Source of the DNA: Entomortierella parvispora E1425
Lineage: Eukaryota; Fungi; Mortierellomycota
DNA length: 64,000 nt
Direction of reading: 5' to 3'
Assembly: GCA_020891255.1 (NCBI GenBank)
Contig: BQFW01000005.1
Location: forward strand, 62,001 to 126,000
Shown here: positions 33,499-46,632 of the stretch, piece by piece
Numbering within the stretch: position 1 is the stretch's first letter
How the letters are laid out: the number at the start of each line of letters is the position of its first letter
Translations under genes and position numbers: made by a program
Notes under the pieces: generated by a model
What the model was told of the DNA's origin: nothing
Databases searched by the model: none
The model's input: only the letters and a program-made list of their open reading frames with translations

Positions 33499-35221
33499 AT
33501 GGGTTTGTGACTTTGTGTCTGGATGCATCGTGCATGTCCTGCAGCCATCCATCTATGGATCGGCCTTGATAGACCATGCTGGCTAACCATCGATCCCTCC
33601 ATCTCTATCCCTGCCACCCTCGCTGCCTCTGGAATCAACTTCACATCGATCACGGACTTTGGATGATTTTTTTTTTTCTTCAACCACGATCTCGACTCAT
33701 GGAAATCAAACTCTTCATCTGGATGTGCTCATGGAACCCTTTGAATCCCCTGTCGGATCTATTCAATTGAATCTACTCCCTCATCGTGTCTACCACCACC
33801 ACAGCCGTTGGAAAGAATAAGTACGTCCTCGAGTCCCACCAAGATCGCTACTCAGATCTCGAAACTATGATTCATTGTCCTCAGTTGCTGATGATTTCTT
33901 GCTTTTCTTCTTTTCTTCTCCTCACAGGCGTCTCTCGAAAGGCAAGAAGGGTCTTAAGAAGAAGGTGTAAGTATTGCTCGTAGACAGGCACCACCGCACC
34001 ACTGCAGAGGAACCGGATTCTTTTTTTTTGTGTCTCGACATCAGTACCCAGTAATGGAAGGAGCGGCAACAAGGACAATCCCAAAGAACTTCAGACTGGA
34101 CACTTCGATACATTCATTTGCAAAAAAGGGGGACTATCGGACAAAAAGAGTTTCGACATGGCATGAGATTCAGAATCAAGTTTGTCAGAGTGATATCGAC
34201 ATCGCAAACTGATCCAGTCTGCTCTGGTCTTCAGAGACTGAGGTGGACAATGCACACATGCAACACAATAATCACTGGATCTCGGAAATCAGCTGGAAGC
34301 ATACGACAGAAATATACAAAGGACTTCGCCCCCGTATCAGACCTCAGGTGTTGATATCGTCTATCCTTCAATTTGCGCCATTCTAGCGTTGACCCCTTCA
34401 CCCGCAAGGACTGGTATGATATCAAGGCTCCTTCCACCTTCGACGTTCGCCAGGTTGGTAAGACCCTCGTCAACCGCACCCAGGGTATGAAGAACGCCAA
34501 CGATGCCTTGAAGGGCCGTGTCCTCGAGATCTCCCTCGCTGACTTGAACAAGAACGAGGAGTACTCGTTCCGCAAGGTCAAGCTGCGTGTTGATGAGGTC
34601 CAGGGCAAGAACTGCCTCACCAACTTCCACGGTATGGACATGACCTCGGACAAGCTCCGCTCCATGGTCCGCAAGTGGCAGGTACGAACACACAAAACAA
34701 CCCCTTTCTATTCTCGATGGTCTCTTGGTTTCTGTGGATGAAACAAGTTTGGCATTTGACACTCACCTAATCTCACTTTCTTGCAACACCTACAGTCCAT
34801 CATTGAGGCTCACGTCGATGTCAAGACCACCGACGGTTACTTGCTCCGCCTCTTCGCTGTTGCCTTCACCAAGAAGGGTGTCCACCAGGTCAAGAAGACC
34901 ACCTACGCCCAGTCTGCTCAGATCCGTCAGATTCGCAAGAAGATGTTCGAGATCATGACTGCCCAGGCTACCTCCTGCGACTTGAAGGAGCTCGTCCACA
35001 AGTTCATCCCCGAGGTTATCGGAAACGAGATCGAGAAGTCCTGCAAGTCGATCTACCCCCTCCGTGATGTCTTCATCCGCAAGGTCAAGATCCTCAAGGC
35101 CCCCAAGTTCGATCTCGGCAAGCTCCTCGAGCTCCACTCCGGTGCTGACATCGAGACCACCGGTGCCAAGGTTGAGCGCAAGGGTGACTTCAAGGAGCCC
35201 GAGGTTCTCGCTGAGGTTTAA
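33499..35221 (+). CDS. RPS1: 40S ribosomal protein eS1 (S3a)
   Basis: Exons 33499-33502 (ATGG), 33805-33820, 33928-33966, 34387-34681, 34796-35221: [35 protein letters not shown]..; highly biased codons. The first exon is the least certain. Confidence 0.97.
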
Positions 35222-38072
35222 AAAGTCCAAGGTTCCCTATCTCGAGCTTTTTTCCACCCCAATGAATAAAAACTTGTTATCTAACAGGTAACGGCCATTT
35301 TTTTGCGTCCGACATTGTGATGTTGCTTTATTACTGTTCATCTTTCTTGGGCGAGATTGATTGGGTTTATCTGGAGTGATTTAGAATACGCAATTGTGCA
35401 GGGCATCGATTTTCTTACCAAGGAAAGATGTAATCTGAACGGAGATCCTGCACCAGTGATGATGTCTGCAGTGACCGGGAGTAAAGTGGTTTTTTCTATC
35501 TGATCGGAGGATCCATGCGGGTATAGCACCAAGTCCATTTCTGTTCTGTTGCGACACCTACTCTACTGAACAAGGAAGATTGTTCACAGATCGAATCTCA
35601 CTCTTCCATTTCTGCCAGCGACCAGTCATTGGTATACCATTCTGTCGTTCTGTGATTCCCCTGTCGTCAGTTTTGGTGCAAGTTCTTCAATTGTGAGAGG
35701 AAGCCGTCCAGAGCTCACTTAATAGAAGAGGTAGTCTGTGAAACAGGGATTGAAGCTCATTTTTGCACCCTTGGCTTCTTGACGTAGGTGTCCTCGCACG
35801 GTACCCTCATTCTTTGAAATAGACTGTAGTCGACTTTTGAAGGAGCAATCTCCGAGGACTGCACTTATTTCTCTTGGTAGACTATGTACTGTACATCGCA
35901 TGTCGAATGAATTGGACTAGCGGGAGGGAGGACAAAAATTGAAATAGCCAACTAAAATAGCTACTATTGAGGCTGCATCTGACAACTACGACTACGCTAA
36001 CAAATTCATTTGGAGGAAGAAACGCGTCGTGCCATGCAGGTCGATGTGATAACGCCACCAAAATGATGCACAGAGCCAAACGTTTTCTTTTTCCGAAACA
36101 AAGAGTCCAATCTACGAGCTACTTGTCTCCTCTGCTCCTTCTCTCCTTCCCTCCTTCCCCCTTCTTCCCCCCCCCACTTCCCCTTCATTGAGGGGGGTCG
36201 ATAGTATGCAGGAGATGGTGTGTTGAGGAGTCCTCTTTGGACAAAAGGGCTCGTTCATTTCTGACGGCTGCCCTGGCTGGTAACAAGAAATAAAAAAAAA
36301 AAAAATAAAAAAAAAGAGCGATGCATGCGTTTTGTTCTCTGTCCCTTTCTTTCTCCCAAAAGGCGGAAGAGCGATAGAGACAAAAGTGCAGACTGCAGGC
36401 AGGTAGAGAGGGCTCGTCAGAGCCTCAGCTAGCGATGCAGCAGTCATGCACCCACACGTACCAGGTACCCGAACTGGGCGTATGGGAACCGATGTTTTTG
36501 GTTTTTCTTTTTTTCATTTATTTATTTGAATGAAAACAAAGAGAGCCTGCGTGGTCTCACCAGCCATTGCTTGGGAAATGTCGGTGCGGCGCGGGAATGA
36601 TTCCGAGCCGGTACCCAGAGCGCTTTTAATGGTTGGCCATCTCTTTTTCATTTTTTACAGTATGTTGCAGGCCACGCTGATAGAGGCCAAAGAGCAGTTT
36701 GGCCAAGTCCAAAGGAACAAGAGATGAAGGTGAGTCCCGGCGCGTCATATGGATCAGGTGCGTCTACTCGCCAGGAGTGAAAGAAGAGCGCGGAGGAAAG
36801 AGGAGGGGAGAGACATTTGTGAGAGCTTGTACAAAAGAGAGATAATGATGGCATGGGTGTACTGTTGACGCAGTATGTCGGCGGATTGAATGGTTGCCAG
36901 GCCGAATCTTTGCAGTAGAGCGAGCAAAAGTTAGAGCGACGTTCAATTAGACAAAATAGGCATGTCCCCATGCAAGACCAACCCAAACGACTCAACATGG
37001 GCGACTGTTGACCAGCTTTGGGCTTTCGCTGTCGTCATATGTATGCTCTCCTCTCTCCCCACTCTCTTTTAGCTTTCTCGCTGGCCACGCCCAGTCAATC
37101 CGGTCAGTCAAAGCGGCTAGGAACAAGAATAGTGAGAGAATGGGGGCGAGTTGTTGGAGTGCAAGACAGAGAGGAAGGGAGATAGAGAGAGAGAGAGAGA
37201 GAGAGAATGAATGAATGAATGAAGCAAAGAGGAAGTGAAGTCGATCTGATATTGAAAGATAAAAACGGCTCCCGTCAGGGTCCTCGTCCCTCTTCTTTTT
37301 TTTTTTTTTTTTTTTTTGTATGTTCTCTTTTTCTTTTTCTCTCCCTCTGTCCTGCATCCTTCCCTTCTTCCTTCTTCCCATCCATTCGCATTCACATTCA
37401 GCACAGACACACGCACCCGCCCTCTCCCTCTTCCCCCCGATTCATTTGTTATTTCATTCATTCATCTTTACTCAATCACTTGCTCGCACATTCACCCATT
37501 CACTGATTCAGTTATTCAATCCATCGCTCATTGACCTCCTTCCTCTTCCGTCGCGTGCGCTCGGCCACTTTTTCACTCCCTGTTCGTCCTCCGACTCGCC
37601 CTCGGTCCTGGCTCTGTCCAACTCCTCGGAAACCACGATCACCACTTTCTCCTGCTCTCTTTCTCTATCCCTTACCTGTTTGCCTCCTGCCTATTACCGA
37701 TTGAATTCGCCCTAGTAACCGGTACGACGAACACAAAGTCAATAACACCACATCAATTAGCACCCCTCGACCTTGCCGCCAAAAAAAAAAGAAAGAAAAG
37801 TCTCCGCGGGACTTTTTCTCTTTTTCCATTCTTGTGCTCGACATCCACTCCCTTACGCCTGCTCAGATTTACACCACAGCAGCGTTTTACGACAAGGCAA
37901 AGTTTGAAAGAAAAAAATAGATAAAAGGAACCGCCTCAACGCACGCACACACGCACTCTTTCCCCCTGCAATTGCCTGCGATTACGCCATTACGCATCTA
38001 CCGAGAATACTGAGCGAGACCTGCACACCACACATACGCACATACACACGGGAAAAAAAGTCCACAAGAACA

Positions 38073-40121
38073 ATGCCGATTGCTCGCTGGGCGTTTAATA
38101 TCCGTCAACCTCTTCTATTGGAGAATGTCGAACCCTTGGTCACGTCCTTGACTGAGGATGACAAGCCCAACATCGTACCCGTGTCGAACCTCTTGAACTT
38201 TTTGCCCAAGGTTGAATGCGATCGACTATTGCAGTTTCGGCAAGAAGACGATATGAAACGGGCGCTGATAGGGCGACTGATGATCCATGCCTTTTTTGTG
38301 GCGCACCATGGCTGTCGGTGGGACGGATTGGTGTTTGCGAGATCTGACACAAACAAGCCCGTATTGGTAAGTTATCAGCCACTTGGCTATGCTCCTCCCT
38401 TCTAATTGCAGTCCCAGTCGTTAAAAGAAACAGGGGTCTAGATCTAAAGTGTGGGGGAGATGGACAGCTGCAGGTTGGCAGGCTAACTAGGTTGGGGCGT
38501 TGGCGCGGAGTGGTCGAGGGAGAGCGGGAGAAGAGCTTCTTGTGTTCGCACAGCATGCGCGGACTAGCTTTATTGGTACTGGACCCACTTTGTACTTCGA
38601 AACACAACGTGAAAAGACGACAACAACAACAGGTCGACCAAATTATCGTCATGATCAATGTCGTACAGGACAAACAAGGCATTTCATGGCAGATGGAGGC
38701 GGGAAGAGGGTGAGGGAGGACCCTGACAGCAGAAAGAAACTCTATCATGATGGAGGCGGCTGGACAAGCAGATTAAGAACCATGGGCCAGCATGCTGTTG
38801 GAAAACAAACGAATGATTTGAGAACAGTTGGCCAGTCAATTGATGAAGCCAGCTGGAGAGGGCAACCACACTTTTGGGCAATTTTTCTTCCCAGACTTGT
38901 CTCCAATCCTCCCATGTTTCCATGCACGATTTTTCATTCTCCGAGCTTGTTGCACAACAAGATCATGCGGCATGGTCCTGTTTCTATGCCGTCACTTCTC
39001 TCCTTTCTTTGCAACGGACCGTGGTCCACTCAGCCTCGCTCTGTCATCTGCATAAGCGCCCTTTTTGGTTTTCTTTTGTTTTTTTTGGCGTCATTTTGGT
39101 CCATTGGAGTTCACCTTGTTACGCCCCTTCTTCTCTTGATCTCTAACTTTCTCTCTCCCTTGTTCTTCTATGTCATTTAGACTTCACCAGAACATCTCAA
39201 GAACGTCAGTTTCAATGTATCGCATCATGGCGACTGGGTTGTTTTTGTGGGAGACACATCTCTAGAGAGCACCGCTCGACTGGGCGTTGATGTCATGGAC
39301 TTTCAGGAGCAGGTCCAAGGAGAATCCTTTGAAACGTTCTCTGCGTGCTTTTTGGACCAAGTATGTCAACGTGGGACGACTCTGTTGTTTTCTGTTCAAG
39401 GAGTCCATGTTGTTTTTTCTTCTGGAGTTGTGATTGTGAACATTTTGCTGACCTTTTTTTTTTTGCTCACTCCTTTTACTCCAATTCCTCCCTTTTTTGT
39501 GCTCATTGTGCCCGTCCCGATGACGCTAATTGCCCGATTTTTTTTTTTTTTTTTTGGTGTGACGACCGATGGGCCCTTTTCCAGTTCACATCGCGGGAAA
39601 TGCAGTTTATGAAAGATGCGGACAAAGATCCCAAGGCGTTGTCAAGTACGAGGAATCAACTCAGACGGTTCTACAGGATGTGGTGTCTCAAGGAATCCAC
39701 AGTCAAGGCTCTAGGCGTCGGGATCGACTTTAACCTGAAGTCCTTTGAGTTTTTGATCCAAGATGTTAACGAGACTGTCAAGGTAAAAATATCTACTTTT
39801 GTCTCCATTCTTGTTTCATGAGAGGCTGGTTCACGGATCTAATATCTTCTCCTGCCACTTTTGTTTGAAAACAACAACAACAACAAACAACATTAGCCTG
39901 TACTGTCAACACGGATCGAGGTACATGAGCCGACGTCAGAGTTCCCAGAGGAAGGATGGTGCTTTGAAGAGGCACTGCTGGATGACCGGCACTGTTACGC
40001 GATTGCGGCCCAAGCCGAGATGGAGGGCGCCGGCACCATGATGGATGGGTCGCTCATAAGACAGTTTGGCTGGAACGAGCTTTTGGAGGATGCGGTGCCT
40101 TACCCTTCTTCATTCTCGTAA
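38073..40121 (+). CDS. LYS5: Sfp-type 4'-phosphopantetheinyl transferase (Lys5/NpgA/AASDHPPT)
   Basis: Exons 38073-38366, 39181-39360, 39585-39782, 39897-40121. RALIGRLMI, NKPVL, FNVSHHGDWVV, LGVDVM, FYRMWCLKESTVKALGVGI. Confidence 0.92.
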
Positions 40122-40424
40122 TTGCCACCTGTCAGTTAGTTGGTTCAGGACTCTTACACCCAGGGACGCGTCGTTTCATACTCCTTTTGTGGGCCCCCAT
40201 TATCCCCCACCCCCTTGCTTTCTTTCCTTCGAATTTTCTTTTTCGTTTTTTTGTACATAGGACACTTGATCATGACCAATACATCGTATAACGTGTTTGA
40301 CACCATCCATTTTGCTTCCTCTGCGGAGAAGAAGAAAAGTACTGTAGTTCATGTGTGGTGTGGATGGAAGACTCTTTCGAAACGTAGAGTCTTTATTTTT
40401 ATTTTTTTTTAATTTGTTTTTGTT

Positions 40425-43232
40425 TTACAGTGGCGCACTCTTCATTTGCAGTAGCTCGGGGTATTCTTTTGCAAGGGATGGGTAGAGTGGCGCTTCGTCT
40501 TCTTCATCAAAGACACGAGGTTGGGTATGAGCCACACTGGAACTGCTGCTGTTGCTCTTACCCTTGCCCTTTGCGCTCCTGTGGCTCCTCGTGCTGTCTG
40601 TGCTACTTCCCAAAGAAGGCACTCGCTTCGATTTCTCCTTCAATGGACCAGCAACCGACAAAATACCGGTAGCACCGACCCACTCCCAGACCCTGTGCAT
40701 TTCTCCTCGAACCTCTTGAGAACTCACTCGCACGTTGGCATTCTTGTCCACAATCGCAGATACCTTTTCCCAAATGTCCTGACGTCGAGCAGCCGAGTGA
40801 AAGTCCACCAAGAGGGCGTCTCGCAAGTGAATCTGAGGTACATAAAGGTCTTCATAGAGGATTGGATCCATATAGTACAAATGGGCTTGCTCTGACAGTC
40901 TCTCCAAGACATTTTTAACAAGACCACTAATTATCCTCGCCTCCTCACGTCGCTGGACGATGTGGCGTCGAAGTATGAAACCGCTCAATGTCAACACCGT
41001 CAGTACTATTTCAAAAGAAATAAAAGTTTATCGGATTAGTATACTTGTTCTCTCGTCGCTGGCGTACATTATTTACATCAAACAGTAGTCTCCCCCTTAC
41101 CGATGAGCGGCAATTGATGCTCCATGAACCAACCAAACACAGCCTGTCGAACTCGGCACGTCAAAGGTCTTGCTGGTCGAAGCGATCGCAAATAGGACTC
41201 ACTATCAAGATGAATAAAACAAACGATAGGGTCAGCATTTGTACTCCTGGCTCGTAAATCAAACGGCTCAAACGGCTCAAACGGCCCAAACGGCTCAAAT
41301 GATCCTTACCTAATCCCTTGTTCCTCTATAATAGTGTCTTTTCTTTGGCGTAATTCCTGCAATGCGAGCTGCCAATACTGCTCAAAGTCCTCGTGTTTTA
41401 TACTCGACTATTTCGGTCCAGAGCGAGTGTTAGTCGCACAGGGCCTGCAACGCGCAGGTACACATATGGCATTTGGCAGACTTACATCTTTCATGGCTAC
41501 AATGAGGCTCTTGAGTTCATCAATCGAAATCCTTTTCCTGGCCAACATCTCGGCTGTCGAAGGCTGTTGGTTGTACACAGCACACTCTACCTTGCCCGCT
41601 CGCTCTCGCAAAAGTCTTTCCGTCACATCTGCCACCTGCAGGCTCTGATACTCCCGCGCTTTATCGAGAACACACATCTGCGGGACCGGCAAAATGTTGT
41701 TAAAACTCAGGGGATGGGGCTTCAGCAAGTATTCAGGGGGGCAAACAGGGTCTGAGTTGGGCGAAATGCATATCGCATGATCGGGGCAAGGCATGCATGT
41801 AGGGTACAATTTGTCGAGAGCACGTTCCACTAAATGACGAAATGATTTCATAAGGAAATTGAGTCAGCGTCACATATTCCTGCCATGCAGTGTATCGGTC
41901 TATCTCGGTGGTGTATACCTTTGGTGAGATTGTGAGGACGAGGCGCAGGCTCGTTCGGGAGACAGTATCCTACATCAAACCGCGTCTGACTATACCATAC
42001 ACTATAAGACAGCAGTGCCACAGAGAGTAACAGCCAAACTGGCCCAAATCGCGACGATTCGGGTTGTTCTCTCCCACGGAATTGATCGTGCCGAGGTCTG
42101 TGTGCATCGAAATTCAGAGGTCGAGGAGAGGAGAGATTCTCCATAGCCATCCTTTTGGTTTTTGCGAGAAGGGGCGACGATTGGAATGCCCTCTTCTCGA
42201 GATCAGTGTGACTGAGAGGGGGCGTGGTATATTTCGGTGTCCTCAGATGTTTTGTAAAAATAGGGTCCTGAGGTGTATTAAAGAATCGATCTGCTTCCGA
42301 CAAAGAGTCCTTGTGGTCAAGCGATTTTTTCCGAGCCAGACTCGATTTCGATGAAGTTCTAGAGGAGTGATCGCGCGATTTTGACCGCCTTCTCCTTTCT
42401 GACTCGCTGCCACTTTGAAAAGGGTTCTCATCAGAAAAGTGGTTGTTACGAGCCATCTTCTTCATCCTTCCTTCCCAAGTTATCTAAAAGGACAGGAAAG
42501 AACAGCGCAGAAGAAGTCAATTTTTGTTCACCACATACCACCAAAAGAGACCCATGCCGATGTGGCGTACCTGTCGCTGTGTATCATCAGTGCTATCCTC
42601 GGACTTCTTTTGCGAGGCCAATCTCTTTGATCTCTTTGATATTTTTCCTCGCGTCGCGTCCGAAATCGCCTCCGAATCGCTTTCCGTAACCGTACTCGTG
42701 TCGAATAGCTGCACAAAAGGATAGGTCAGAGAGCATATTAGGGGCGAGAATAAGATAAAAAAAATTGAAAACTATTTCCCTGGAATGTTCATCATACCGA
42801 GTTTTGGATCGCGTCCGGAATGGCTGGACGCCGCTTGGTCTTGACGGGTTTTTTCTGAGGCTCCGTAACTGCAGACGTGAACGCGGATGTGGATGTATTG
42901 GGTATTAATGTGGATGATGCCGAAGCGGCAATCTGTGGGATGGCGGGAGTAGGTGCAGACTTGAAGGGGGAAGTGGGGGCTTTTCGTGGGGATGTAGAAC
43001 TGGTGGATGCATATTGCTTCTCTTCCTTGTGCTTCAGCTCGTACTCGTCGCGCATTTTTTGAGTCAGGGGTCGGATATGTTGCTCAAACAGGGCGACGAG
43101 CTCCGACTTTCGGACGAGTCCTGTGGGCGGTTTGATCTTGTGTTGAATGAGAATGTCGCGGATGCTGTCCATGTTGAGCGTCCAGGGATCAAAGTTCCGC
43201 TGGATGTAGCGGGGCATGGCGCCTGTCGACAT
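40425..43232 (-). CDS. SRC1: Inner nuclear membrane protein, Src1/Heh/Man1 family (HeH-LEM, two TM, MSC domain)
   Basis: N-terminal YIQRNFDPWTLNMDSIRDILIQHKI..RKSELVALFEQH (HeH); luminal PTCMPCPDHAIC..C; C-terminal VPQIHLRDALL..WEKVSAIVDKNANVR..GEMHRVWEWVG; about 7 exons. Confidence 0.9.
41260..41295. repeat. 9-bp tandem repeat CAAACGGC(T/C) x4 inside an SRC1 intron
   Basis: caaacggct caaacggct caaacggcc caaacggct read directly. Confidence 0.85.
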
Positions 43233-43580
43233 TGCGATTGAACGGCGTCCTGCTGTCGCGTGCAGAGGTGGGTCTGGTGGAAGGAAAGGGATGATGGATG
43301 TGCGGAGCTCTTTTCTTTTCTGTTCTCTGAGCAAAAGCACGACTAAAAATTTAGTCTAGGTCCGTGACGTCACTCATTTTTTTTTATCTCAGATCTGTGC
43401 AGGCACACACTCGGCGAATCTACTTCTTGCTCGTCGGTCTTCTCGCGCTCTCTTCATTCCTGCTTCGACCCACATCCACACACCGTACCGTTAATCTCGA
43501 TTGGCAGGACAGAGACCCTTGATTCACAGACAGGATACAGGACACGCACAGCAGCAGGATCTGGATTCATACAGCCCACA

Positions 43581-46133
<2,553 letters not shown>

Positions 46134-46499
46134 AGCTTGGATGGCCATGTCCGAATAAATCGAGCTCTATATACCATGTATCCATGTATCGACATAAGGA
46201 GAAACTGGACAGGGCAAAGCAGGGCAAGCATGACCCAGCCTAAAAGACACGACCATGAAGCCAACAAGCCAACAAGCCAACAAGCCAGCACTCGAACAGA
46301 CAGCCATTGGCAACATGACTGCAACTGCACGCAATAAAAGAAAAAGGAAAAGAAACAAAAAAAAAAAGAAAGGAAGGAGAACCAAAGATAGGAGAGAAAA
46401 AAGACGACGGAGAGAGGACGAGAGGAGGATCGCTCGCCGTCGCCTCTTTTGTTCTCATTTGTCCCTTTTGTCCCTCTCCTTTCACTGTCGTTGATCATA

Positions 46500-46572
46500 T
46501 ACACGCCCATACCATACCATACCATACCATACCACACATATACCCATACCATACCCACACCACCACACCCAC
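46500..46572. repeat. Imperfect (CATAC)n / CA-rich simple repeat
   Basis: cataccataccataccataccaccacacatatacccataccatacccacac upstream of the ArfGAP gene. Confidence 0.7.
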
Positions 46573-46632
46573 TCTTACTCCCTCCTTCCCACAGTCTCTT
46601 TGCTGACAAACAGGACTGACTGACTGCAGTCC

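Noticed and set aside
34188-34241. GTGATA...CTGA...CTGA in RPS1 intron 3 as a box C/D snoRNA
   Set aside because: Imperfect C box, short span, and the putative guides match rRNA from memory by only about 8 nt; left to a snoscan check.
34790-35230. 146-aa antisense ORF over RPS1, and similar ones over fungalysin (59860-60588, 60685-61548), ACAD (5380-5862) and Dabb
   Set aside because: Shadow ORFs expected opposite strongly codon-biased genes.
35456-35503. GTGATGA...CTGA pair downstream of RPS1
   Set aside because: Only 48 nt from C to D, poor terminal stem, no D'/C' pair or recognisable guide.
46500-46572. C1-3A-like tract resembling a telomere seed
   Set aside because: Mostly (CATAC)n, short and internal; an ordinary 5'-region simple repeat.
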